NCBI RefSeq assembly: GCF_009914755.1
Contig: NC_060947.1
Source of the DNA: the human T2T-CHM13v2.0 reference genome, Homo sapiens
Length of the DNA stretch: 64,000 nucleotides
Strand: one strand, 5' to 3'
Below the pieces are notes generated by a model, which saw only the letters and a program-made list of their open reading frames with translations, was not told where the DNA came from and did not search any database. Numbering within the stretch: position 1 is the stretch's first letter; the number at the start of each line of letters is the position of its first letter. The translations under genes were made by a program, and so were the position numbers. Of this stretch, positions 13,241-26,003 are shown piece by piece.

Positions 13241-13639
13241 TTAGTTTCCTTCTTTTACCCCTACCATCTTTTCCTGCCTAGACTGGATTCCTTTAATTGA
13301 TGTGCACAGTTATCTAACTAGAGAGCTAACCTGCAGATGATGGGACAATTTTCAAACTTGGAGCTTATACTGGGATTAAGGAGGGCCAACTTTAAACACA
13401 TACTACCCAGCTGTTCCCTTCAAATATTTGTACTGATCCATGCTTCTAACCCCATTTACCCCTTAGTCTTTCAGCAAAGATGAGAGCAAAAATCGGTCAC
13501 CTTTACATTTCATTGAATATACTTTTCAAGAAAAATGGAGGAAGTTTCACTATTTAAAGGAAAAGAAAGTTGAAGTAGACAAGACACAACAGAAGATAGA
13601 AATGGGGTTTTCTGTTTGTTCATTTTGTCTTTGCTATCA

Positions 13640-13870
13640 GACATTTACTGGGTACCACCTGTGTTTCAGAGACTGCACAGAGCAATTTACATTCAATTTC
13701 TGATTTATCCTTCAACAATCCTAATGAGATGGGTACTATTATTGGCCCCATTTTACAGATGAATAAGCTGAGGCAAGGGATAGCCATTACATAATAGCTT
13801 AGTGTCCAGGATCACACATCTCCTTAGTGCCAAAGCTGGGATTTGAGCCTAGGCAGTCTGATTCCATCAT
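13640..13870. mobile_element. MIR
   Basis: tactattattggccccattttacagatgaataagctgaggc...ctgggatttgagcctaggcagtctga. Confidence 0.75.
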
Positions 13871-14625
13871 GCCAAACCATGCCACCAACATCAGCACCTC
13901 CCAGAAGGGTCGAGGCCTTTGCAAGCCGAGTCATAGAAACTATCATAGTTTGACCTTTTGCCCTGTGAGACCTCTTTTCAGATCAGGAAAGGGAGGGCAG
14001 TGGCTGAAATGCTCCTGTGATTTTTAAGGGCAGTAGCTTTGTATGAGAACCTTGAGAACAGAGAAGAATTATTGTCAGGAAGAAATGCACTGTCCTATAA
14101 TACGTTATTTTATGAATTACAAGTACTCATCCTTGGTAAGGCTTATGGTCCATCATTAAGGAGAGCTGTTACCATATCATTAGGTGGAACTTTCTTCTTA
14201 TTTTTTCTTTCATCAGCCATAATTTCCATTGTTCTCAAGTTCAGTGCCCATTAGAAACATAGCAAATCCTTTCAAAGAAAAAATGTTACCAAAGAGCTCA
14301 TCTGATGAAGACATTTGTATATTTTTTGATTTAACAGTATTATTATTCAGTTTCAAATATCTTGGGGATGTGGGTTATATGGCATTTTGATTTTTTTCAT
14401 AAGTTAAAACGACGGGAATGAGAAGATTTCTGAGATCCTTCCTAGCCCAAAACTGTTGTCTTTTTTCTAAAATCCTGCCCTGATACCACCAAACTGTCTC
14501 TTGGAAACCAAACAAAATTGTCTGATAGCCCCCTCAGGAAGCTCAGGTTCTGACAGGACTCTTGGGGAGGAGGAGAGGCAGGAGGGGAAAGAACAAACAC
14601 TGACGAAAGCTCAGGTAGGTGACTC

Positions 14626-14696
14626 ACATAAAATTGCCGCTATTCAACTACTTTTTAACCTATAGAAATGGCAATTTCATATGGTTTAACCTAATA
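14626..14696. mobile_element. MADE2-like mariner MITE
   Basis: Palindromic aaattgcc...ggcaatttcatatggtttaacctaata. A related copy lies at ~28350-28462. Confidence 0.65.
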
Positions 14697-14803
14697 CTAA
14701 ATGCCAGGCCAGACACCTTTTATAGGTAATCATAATGACTTTATGAGGTAAGGATTATTCCCATAATTCAGATAACAAAACTGAATTAAAAATCTAAATT
14801 CAC

Positions 14804-15226
14804 TGTCTTAGTTGGACCTCCCCCAGAAGCTAACCTGGAGTCAAGCACTTCATGAGAGTACAATATTTGGAAGATAATCCCAGGAAGCACTGAGAAGAGA
14901 ACAGCATCATGAGGCAGGGAAGAAAAGCCGTCGGCTATGGAGGCATTGTCAAGCCAGCTACTCTGTGGGCAACTGGAGTTTAATCCTGCTGGGGAACTCT
15001 GGGAAACAGTGAGGAACACATGTTGTAGGGTTATCCCATTTAGGAGGACATGTGAGCTGGGCTGTTCATACACAGACTGTCTTTAGTCATAGGTCCAGCC
15101 TGCTTAGAATTGAGATAGTATGTTAGTGCCCCAGTATTTCCACATCAGGCTGGAAATAGATATGATATGTGCACTGAAGTGGTAAGGATGAGGGGATATG
15201 CGCAGGGCCCAGCTGTGTTATGAACA
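14804..15226 (-). mobile_element. LTR33-like solo LTR (copy 2), inserted in a MIR
   Basis: tgtcttagttgg..ccccagaagc..atcccaggaagcac..ctgtgggcaactggag..ctggggaactctggga..ggtaaggatgaggggatatg..aca. Confidence 0.7.
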
Positions 15227-15549
15227 GAGGCAGGATTTGAACTTGTGGCATTCTAACCTCATAACCCATGTCCCTCCCACAAAAGCACAAGATATTGTCA
15301 AGTCGGGAAGGATTAGGGGCTCCAGGACTCAATTGTAGATTATGTTTGGAAGCTGTAAGACCACTCACCAGAGGAGCTAGCATCCATGCTTCCTGCTGTA
15401 TAATAATACAATTGTATTTGTGTAGCTCTCAAAAGTTGACAAAATGCATGCACACTCATCATCTCATTTGGCTTTCATCATGCCCATGATGAGACAAACT
15501 AAAGTCCCTTTACTCATGAGATTATTATATTCATGTGTTTACCTCACAA

Positions 15550-16030
15550 TTGTTATGTGTTCCAGGCACTGTTCTAGTTAATGGAAATGTAGAGGTGGAC
15601 CAAACAGAAACACATTCTGGCATGACAGAACTCATATTTGAATGGGGGCAGCAGAATAAAAACAGAGATGATGATAATGTCATGTCATGATGGTACCATG
15701 AAAAAATTAAAACAAGAAAAGATGATGGTGATGGGCAAACATACTAGTGTTTTTTTTTTTTTAAATTAGGGGTGAGCTCAGGAAAGATGATTGCATTTAA
15801 GCAGGGAAGTAAAGGCAGTGAGAACAGAAGTTTTTTAAGTGTCTGGAAGAAGAATGTCCCAGGCAGAATCAAGAGCAAGACGAGCACTGCAATGTGAGAA
15901 TAGCGAGATGGGAGTCCAGAGAAGAGAGGTCAGCAAGGAGAATGTTTCATGTCAGGCGCCAAAGTCAATGCTCTGAGCATGATGAGGAACTCTAGGGGAA
16001 TTTAAAGCGGGGAAGTGACGTGTTTTCATA
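15550..16030 (-). mobile_element. LINE-2 fragment
   Basis: tatgtgttccaggcactgttctag..ggaagaagaatgtcccaggcaga..tttaaagcggggaagtgacgtg. Confidence 0.6.
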
Positions 16031-17559
16031 GGTTCATTGTTTTGTTTATCTCTAAGTCATGTGGTCAGCAAAACCCAGAACCAGGACTAAAATTGAAGCC
16101 TTCTGACTCCTGATACAGTGCTCCTCCCATTCAGGTCCATGGTTGGTCATTCTCTAGACCTGAATGTCCTTGGCATCCTGTTTTTCCTGTTCCTGGCATG
16201 GTTATTTGTGGTCTGCTAATCAAATCTTGTAACAGCTGTTGCCTGTTCCCAAGCCCAAACATTTGGTTCCTTGGGACTTTCCTTTGCCATTTGTCCAGCC
16301 AATCAGCTTTAACATTCTCCTGTTTCTGTGAGCATCGGGTCCTCTTAGAGCTATCCAACAAAACTCTTCACCCACAAGCTAGCTCAACTACAGCTTAAGC
16401 TTGACCATGAAACTCAAGTGAGGATTTAGGGAATTTAAAAATAGCCACTCTATCAGCCACTCTAAACACTCTAATCAGAAAGTTCAACTTTACAGACTGC
16501 CAAGTATCTTCATAATATGAAGGATTTTTTCACAAATCAAGACCAAGTGAAATTTTCTCCCAGACTACGGGAATAAAGAGATTGTTGAACCTGTGGTTCA
16601 CTGTACTGACTGTCTTATCCATACCAGTGTGGAATCAGGCAGAAGTTGCAATGAGATACTGCAATTGCATTTTCCTTCACCATCACTATTTTTTGTTTCT
16701 AAAATCTCAGATTTCTCTGCTTCAAATCTAAAGCTGCCTTGTTTTTTCAGCCAAGCCTGCAAAGACAAACTCAGCTTGTTTGGAGAGTTACAATAAGGGC
16801 TGTCTTGGCTGCTTTTCAGTGTCAGTACCCGCAATAAGAGTGTTTACCACCTTGTAGAGTAAGGAGCAAAACAGAACTATTCAACTCTCCCAGACCTGCA
16901 CTAGCATTGCATTACTGACAGAGGTAACCATTTGTCTTTTGTCACTGGAGCAGGTGAGCATGGCACCAGGCACACATGTGCAGAGGAAGTGTGTGGATAG
17001 ATAGTCACTTGTTTGGCTATATCCACAGCTTAAATTTGGTGTCCTCTGGAAATGTAATATTTCAAAGGCAGGATGATATTTCTGTTCACTTATTAAGGGA
17101 TGACTAACTTGCTTTTGGCTGCACTACAAATGAATCACGGTAACAATCCCTAACTTGCGACTTCTGGTGTTCTGATGTAATGCATTTCTATTAAAAGAAG
17201 AGGAAAGAGAGTGGGTGAGAGTGAGATCATGCAAAGACAGAACATAACACCAAGGGAGCTAGCGTAATTTATGAACTGCTGCAGCCAGATCCATCCACTT
17301 CAAGGTGTTTTCTTGCGTCCTGAGTGAGGATACCTTGCCAGTTAGCACCTGCCCATTTACAGTTGCAGAATATAGACCCAGATCAAGACATGTAGTTTGG
17401 AGGGATTCAGTGAAGGGAACATTTTATTTAGGGGTGAAAACCAGATATTCCTTGAAAGCATTTTTAAGCAGTTTTGATTGTGTCACTTGGAAGGTAATAT
17501 TTGGGGACGGATGATATAGGTTAAGAAGTCAAATCATAATCTTCCTTTTTACATTTTTT

Positions 17560-17815
17560 TAATGTATGCAGCTTATTTGGGAGTAGAAGAAGTGGGAAGG
17601 GGGTGGAAACGTGAGACAAGGAAGGGAAGACAGCCTATAAAGGGGGCGTCATCAGGCTAACTCCCACTGGAGGTGACTGGAGCTCCATCCTGCTGCGACA
17701 TGGGGAACCCATACGAACTCCGAGTCTTCCCTCACAGATGAGATTGCTTGGGGACTGTTTGAGGCTGACCCCAGAGCATGTTAATTGCCCTGCATGGGCA
17801 GAGTGGCCTTCCTCC
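17560..17815 (-). mobile_element. LTR33-like LTR fragment (copy 3)
   Basis: ttatttggga..gtgagacaaggaagggaagacagcctataaaggggg..actggagctccatcctgctg. Confidence 0.6.
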
Positions 17816-18803
17816 TTCCCTCCTCCCTTTTCAACAAGAAACAAATACAAAAAAAAAAAAAAAAAAAAAAAAAAACCAAAACCCTGCAAGGTATTGTATA
17901 AGAGCCTCTAAACCCACAGGTATTTTTCCTGTGTTAATCACCACTCAGGAGCAGATACATCCTTCCTCCCTTCTGTACTGTCCTCTGCAAAGTGTCCCTG
18001 CTGTCTTCTGAGGAAGATCTGAGTGTGCCAAGGAGAGGCAGAGAGGAAATTAGACTCTGGCCTGTCGTGACCAAGCAGCCCACACTGGCTTTGTCCCAGG
18101 ATCTGGCAGAAGGGGATTATAAGAGCCAACGCCTCCCCAGAATGGGAAATCACTCAGAGAGGGAAATCTTTTTTTTTTTTTTTTCCAGTAAACCTATATT
18201 CTTTACCGTTTTCCTTCTGGGTTTCATCTATCAGATCGGATTGCCCTGAAAAAGAACTTCAGTGTGTCAGAAAAGCATACCTCAAGTAGCCGTAATAATG
18301 TTCAATTTGATATTTATTAAGTTAACTTTCTCTCACCTGGTGTCTGATTATGTAGTTTGTGGATATCACTCATCTTAGAATTATGTAGTGTTAAAACTGG
18401 AAGGGTCTGTCCTTAAATATTAGCTAGACCAACACCCTTTTTAACTGATAAATATGAGAACTGAAGTTTCAGACTTAAAGAAGCAGAGTGGGATTCCTGA
18501 AGTTTCTGACACTCTTAAGGTAGGTAGTGGAAGCGACACTGGAAGCCAAAACTTTTTCTTACTGGATTCCATTGTGCCCCAGGACCTTTTTTCTTAGGAA
18601 GCCTGTCTTTGAAAAGCTTTATTTAGCAACACCAGAGGCTGGATGGAGATTAAGAAAAATCGTTAAACTCTAAACCCATCCCCTTCGTTACCTGTTAATA
18701 CTGCCATGTAATGTTGCTGCTGTCTGAACATGAGTTTAGCTGTTTGGATTATTTCTGGTCTCTCTTATTGGACCCCAGATCTCCAATTGTGGCCATCCCA
18801 TAG

Positions 18804-19143
<340 letters not shown>

Positions 19144-21135
19144 GGGCTGACAATTCTTTATCCACCCCCAAGTTGTCTTCATGCTCACTGCTGAATTTGT
19201 TGGTGTATGCTAAGTGTCCTGCTGTGGAGTAAGACTTGAGAATCAGGTCTGCCCTTATTTACTGGCTCATCTCAGGTAAGTGATTGAAAGTCTCTAGGCC
19301 TCAGTTGCAACAGCTATAAAATGAGGATAATAGTATCACCATTGCCACAGAGTCTGTTTTAAATACATTTTTCAACTGTATAGAAAGCACTTAGAAAACT
19401 AATTACTATTATCATTATCATTCTTAACCTGAAGAATGATGAGAGCAAAGAAGCTAATAATTTACGTGATGTGTTCAGAGCCTTAAAACTAATCTCAATC
19501 TAACATTCAGTTTTGGCCTCTTTGGCAGCAAATACAATAACAATAAAAAATATTGTTATTGAAATTGACACTGGTTCGGGCTTTACTAGTACAAAGCACT
19601 TGGCGTTGTTTACTGTTAGGAGTTTCCCTTTGTTTTGGACACTGCATCTCATGAGATTTTTTCCACGCGCGAGTGCAAGCACGCTAAATTCAGGAAAATT
19701 ATCCTATTATTGACAGCATAGTAGATTTGATGAGTACCTGTTGAATGTGTGTTGAATGAATAATCTAGAATCTATACATAGTTATAGAAACATGGATTAT
19801 ATGTTATTTCACACCACAGACTTAGACCACATTAAGGGTCAGGACAATTAGTTTGTGTCGTTTTTTCCTTCGTTTTCTTTTCTGAGAAGAGCGTCTCTTA
19901 CCTAGTTCAATAACAAGCTTATATGGATCGCAGTTGTCCATTTTGTGGATTATCTGAAGCATAGCTTCAAACCCTGGCTTTCTTTTCCCTCTGTGAATAT
20001 ATCTGGTACTACAGTTTAGAACATCCACTAATGTTTCTACTGCCTTGAGTGGGGTTCTTTTAGGAAAGTAAATCAGGGCACTCTAAAACTCGGTATAGGT
20101 AGATGTTCAGGTAGCATGCGCAGTATATCTGCCCACGGCTATGTGGATTTCCAAGAGTGGATTGTGTCTGTGCTTATGTGTATTCATAAGCACCAAAGAT
20201 CAGAACTGAGCCACTGCAGAAGTCACAGAAGGGAGTCTCAACTCCTTATTATAACTCTTGTTATCCTCTCACCTCTTATTCCACAGTAGAATCCTACAGA
20301 TTCCCCCTGCTAGGTGGGTGGCCTCAGCCAACACCCTCTCTCTGGCTGCTTTGTCACTCTGCAGAACTCTGCCACTCAGAAGCAAGAGTGACATGTTCTA
20401 CCCACCACTCTGTCGGAAAGTCAAGGCAGTTGCATCTTACAGCAGCTCTGGAAGTGAGTTAAGAAACCTTCCCTCTCAAACTTCATTAAGGTTCTCATTT
20501 TCCAAGATTCCCTCCTATGGTCTTGTAGTACGCGGGTTAACATGGTGTCTGTTTTCTTCGATGTATGGTCCTGGGGTCATAGCAGTAGATCTGCACAGTT
20601 GGAAGATCCCTAAAGAGTTTACAACTCCCCACCCAGAAGGGCATGGCCGTCATAGAGAATGGATGGAAAATATCCCCTTGCTATAATTGGGTTCAGCCCT
20701 GTGGCTTAACACCATCTTATTTGGCAATCTTTTTCTCTTGACATATTTAGTAATCACTTTAAGGGAGATTTATTACACTGCTCATGGGAACAAACAATGC
20801 ACTAAATATTACACTTAGGCATGCTTTCAATACCACTCCTTTTCTAGCCTATTCTGAATCTTTTCCCAAAGTCTTTCTTCAGTGCTTATCAAAACTCTCT
20901 CTTGTCTTTAAATTCCTCTAAGTTCTTCTTTCTTCCAAAATAACCTTTTATAATTTGAAATATTTTGTAACTAGGAGTTCTTTTAATCAAAATTCACTGG
21001 GCCATGCTTAGAGAAGAATTGATAAAAACACACTTTCACAGCTTAAAATCATGGAAGACATTTTGCTCACCATTAATCCCAAAGCATCAAAACAAACATT
21101 TAGCATATGATTAGGCTGTGAAAATAGCCTCCTAG

Positions 21136-21137
<2 letters not shown>

Positions 21138-21181
<44 letters not shown>
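21138..21181. repeat. (GT)22 microsatellite
   Basis: Directly visible. Confidence 0.98.
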
Positions 21182-21183
<2 letters not shown>

Positions 21184-22114
21184 ACATATTTATATAAAGG
21201 AATTCAAATTATTTCAGCCAAACATAATACAATGAAATGTTTTCTGATCCTGTGGGTTGGTACCCATGAAGAGATGGGGGGCAAGGGGCCACTGAGAATT
21301 AGGATTCTCCACTCATGCTCTGTGCTAATGAAAGCACTTTGACAGCTAGTGCCCCTCAGACATTGTTTTAAAAGCATAATATCCCACTCATCCAGGCACA
21401 TGCGCAGCAAAATGTCTTAACAGATAGTCTATTTAGCACAGATTTGAGAGAAAATATATCAGGATCATGGAGAAGGTAATGAGTTGTAGTGGCACAGCTA
21501 CAGTATAACAACTCTGTGCATGTTAAATTCTAGCTTCTTTACAGATGAAATGTCCTTCATTCATCAGATATGTCATAATGGCTATCTATACTCTTGAGAG
21601 AGTCCACTCAGTGCTAAGCACAGTCGTAGATGTACTAGTTTACTTAACACTCAACTACATGTCTGTCACTGGCCTCATTTTGCACACGGGCCACATTTTA
21701 TACAGAGAAAGCAAAGCCACCATGAGGATAAGCTACTGGTGAGTCAAAACAGTTAAACTAAGGACCTGTGTAGCTACCACTGAAACAGTAACATGATATG
21801 CCATTTTCAAAAAGACAGTGATGAGCCCCGCCATTCCTCCTACCTACATGGCCTCCCTGAGCCCCAGTTTTCTTATCTGTAAAGTGACTTGTTGAGAGAA
21901 TTTAAGGTGTGAAGCCCTGACACGTGGTAGTAGCTCATTTAACTCCCTTACTCCCACCACACCCCTCGACTACCTTGTTTTCTTATCTTAGACAGTAGAT
22001 TACACATACTCGTACATATCTGAAATAGAGCATTTGTGACTTTTAGGAGTGGGGCAGTAAAAGCATAAATTCAGAAATTAGTTGCTAACAAGAACCTTAG
22101 GTATTCAGATGGCT

Positions 22115-22350
22115 AGAGGTGTATGGTGAGGGGCCAAGAGCACAGGTTCTGGAGCCAGACTGCCTGGTATAGCCCAGCTCTGCCTCTTACTATGTGTGTG
22201 ACATTGGGCAAGTGACTTGGCTTCTCTGTATTGCCTCATCTGTAAAATGAAGCTAGTACTTGAACCTACTTTGTAATTTGCTGCAAGGATTAAATGAGTT
22301 TATCTGTATAAGGAGCCTAGAATTGTGCCTGGCATGTAGTAGGGGCAGTT
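22115..22350. mobile_element. MIR (near full length)
   Basis: ctggagccagactgcctgg..cccagctctgcc..tgtgacattgggcaagtgactt..ctcatctgtaaaatg..aggattaaatgag..gtgcctggcatgtagtagg. Confidence 0.85.
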
Positions 22351-22809
22351 AAATTAGTGCGTGTATTCTCCTGCATATTTTGATGACAAGCATTCAGTAC
22401 CTGGGCACAGCAAATTCGGTATAGAGCAAGGTGTGTAGAATAAATCCCATTGTTCTCCTTTAGCATGATTCCCATATATCCCAGCCAGGCTCTTACAGTT
22501 ATAGCTCCCTTCCCATACATGTAGGCAAGGAAAGCCAGAGACAACAAGGACCCTCAAGGTAAACCTCTTGTCTTATATGGTAGAGAGAGACTTAATTGGA
22601 TGAAGAGATCATTTAGTTGCCCTGCAAATCGGCATTAAAGGACGAGCCAGCAGAGGATCTCTGCATTTGGAATTGCACCTTAGTTCACTTTCTATGTTAC
22701 ATTTTCAACAGGGACACTGAACAGGGGACCTATATAAGACTTCCCAACAGTATAGACCAATTGGGTCACAAATAAAGAACACGTGGAAAGAATACTGGTA
22801 CTTTAATGC

Positions 22810-22996
22810 AGCATTTCTCAAATGTCAGCTGCATCAGAATTCTTAAGAGGGCTTGTGAAAACCCAGATTCCTGGGCTACACCCCAGAAATTCTGATTTAC
22901 CAGGTCTGGGATGGTGCCTAAGAATTTTCATTTCTGACAAGCTCCCAGGTTATGCTGCTGCTGCTGTTCTAGGGGCCACATTGCGAGAACCACTGG
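22810..22996. mobile_element. MER5A hAT-Charlie MITE ~155 nt upstream of exon 2
   Basis: cagcatttctcaaa..gcatcagaat..cagattcctggg..caccccagaaattctgatt..acaagctcccaggt..gagaaccactg. Confidence 0.85.
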
Positions 22997-23110
22997 TCAA
23001 ATGTGTGTTTCACATTCCTACTACCTATTTCTGATCTAGGTTTATAACATTTGATTTGAACTGTTTAGCTTAGAGACGGAATGTCCACCCTCTCCAAAAA
23101 ATAAAAATAG

Positions 23111-23884
<774 letters not shown>

Positions 23885-24090
23885 TAGCCTTCTAACAACT
23901 TTGTTTCATTTAACAGTATCTTCATTTTGCCCAAAAGTCCTGGGACCCACTCTATAAAGTGCTGGTAATCAGCAAAAAACAACCTAATCTGGTAAATGTG
24001 CCAGAAGTTCAAAGTCCTGGGTTCTAGCGCTGACTCTCCATTGAGCAGCCATGTGGTGTCTAGCAGGTATTAATCTTCTCCTTGTCCCAG

Positions 24091-24580
24091 TGTCTTAGGT
24101 TGGGCTTCCCCATAAGCAGGGCCCTGAGAAAAAGATTTGGATACAAGTAGTGTATTTGGGAGGTGAGCCCAGGAAGCACCAGTATGGGAGTGAGGAAGTG
24201 GAAGTTGAAGGCACTTCAGTTGAAGGCAGGCAGTTGAAGGTATGTTAATGAGCCCAAGATATATCACATTCTGCCGGTTGCTGTGGGCACCTGTGGTTCA
24301 GCCCCACAGGGGACCTTTGGGAGACCTTGTGAAACACACCTCAGAGAGGTCCTCCCCCGGGGTGAGGAATTTGGGCTATTTTCCCACAGACCCTTTGTGA
24401 TTCATTGAGGGCTGCTCCCCAGGCCAGTTAACTGCCAGCACTTCCCAGGGAGGTGCTCCTGCAGCACACTCCTGCAGCCAGAGAAATCCTTCAGGTGACT
24501 TTGTAGTTATAAGCCTTCAGCAAGCTCAAGAATGGGGAATGGGAGGGCATGTTGGGTTGGCACTGAGAGCGCCTGCTACT
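24091..24580 (-). mobile_element. LTR33-like solo LTR (copy 4), inserted in a MIR
   Basis: tgtcttaggttggg..aagcagggccctgaga..tatttgggaggtgagcccaggaagcacc...gcctgctac; near-TSD cccag/ctcag. Confidence 0.75.
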
Positions 24581-25766
24581 CTCAGTTTCCCCACCTTATG
24601 AATAGAGTGGATGTGAGCATCACACAAAAGGACATGATAAATGTATAAGAACTTTGAAAGTGACATGTGAGATACCAGTAGGAAGTAACTTTTTTTCCTA
24701 TTCTTACTATGAACTCAGGAGAATATTTTAAAGCGATGCTGATGGTGACAGCGTGCTTCCAGTGTGTCCACTCAGGGGGCTGCTGGAACTCCCTGATAGA
24801 GATTAATGGTCAAAACAAAGCCATAGTGGCCATAACATCGGTTGCCCTGTCCATCTGTTATCGAAAATGGCATGCCCAGCAAGCCTGATGGCAGGGTTCT
24901 TGCGGGCCAAGGATTCAAGAGGTTCACTTTCCCCCTTTTCTATGGTAGCTTCTCATCAATTCCTTTAACAAAATTAAAATGTCATTTGGAATCAGATACT
25001 CACATGACAAATGAAGTGGCATTTTTTGGTTAACTAAGAAATAACCACTGTTGAGGTCATTAGCGTGCCTTATGCCCTGTTTTAGAGTAGTGGAAGAGAA
25101 TTTCCTCAGGAAATCTCCGCTGTGTTGTGAGCACACGATAAGCGGGGCTGGTGGGGCTGCAAAGCCACAGAATTACATTCTGCCCTCGATTCTCTGTGGC
25201 CCGAGGAATTGAAACCTAGTCAATAAACATATACTAGTAGCTTTTGTGAAGAGCTGGGCACTGTAAGGAGACCGAGCAGCCTGATAATTTGATAATGTAC
25301 TTGTCACTGCTGAAAACAACAGAGAAGAAGGCTGCCGTACCTCCTCCTGAATTCGGTCTATTAAGAAAGCAGCATAACCTGCCGCTTTAAAATCACCCCA
25401 AGACCGTGTGGGTTGACTGTGGAATACAGAGTGGTTCCTTGAAGAGTGAGTAGGACTGAGTATTAGTAGCTTCCACAGAGGCTTGTATCAAGGTTGAAAT
25501 TAAGATGTTTTGCTCATGATTAGTCACAATCTTGAATGTTTTGGGGGTTACGGGAAGGGTTTTCGTTTCGTTTCATTTTTTAGCTTTTCATTTTCTTGCT
25601 GCTTTTGTGGGAGGAAGAGAAATAGGAATAAGAAAAGAGTGGGGAACTGAAGGGAGATCGTAAGGTTCTCAAGGTGAGGCAAAAGGACGCCGGAGCTAGA
25701 AAAAGGACAATCAGTGCTGATTTTATGACATTCCAGGTTGTTACCAGTGAGCTCAAAGCATGTTAG

Positions 25767-26003
25767 AATATTTAAAACTTGTGAAAAGTTAATTTACTAA
25801 GTAAAATAAAATTATAATATTTAAAGTTTCTTCAAATTAATTTTAAGTAAACTAAAATAGCAGTATTCAAAACTTCGTTTCACTAAAAAATGAAATTGTA
25901 ATATTCAAAACTTCTTAAAGTTAGTTTTATAAAGTAAACTGCAATATTTTAAATTTCTTAAAACTTACTTTTTTGTACTTTTTAAAGAGGTTTTAAATAT
26001 TGT
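25767..26003. repeat. Degenerate AT-rich minisatellite (~5 units of 38-49 nt) with a terminal inverted unit
   Basis: Recurring a(a/g)tatt(t/c)aaa(a/g)(c/t)tt...aagtaaa units. Confidence 0.65.
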
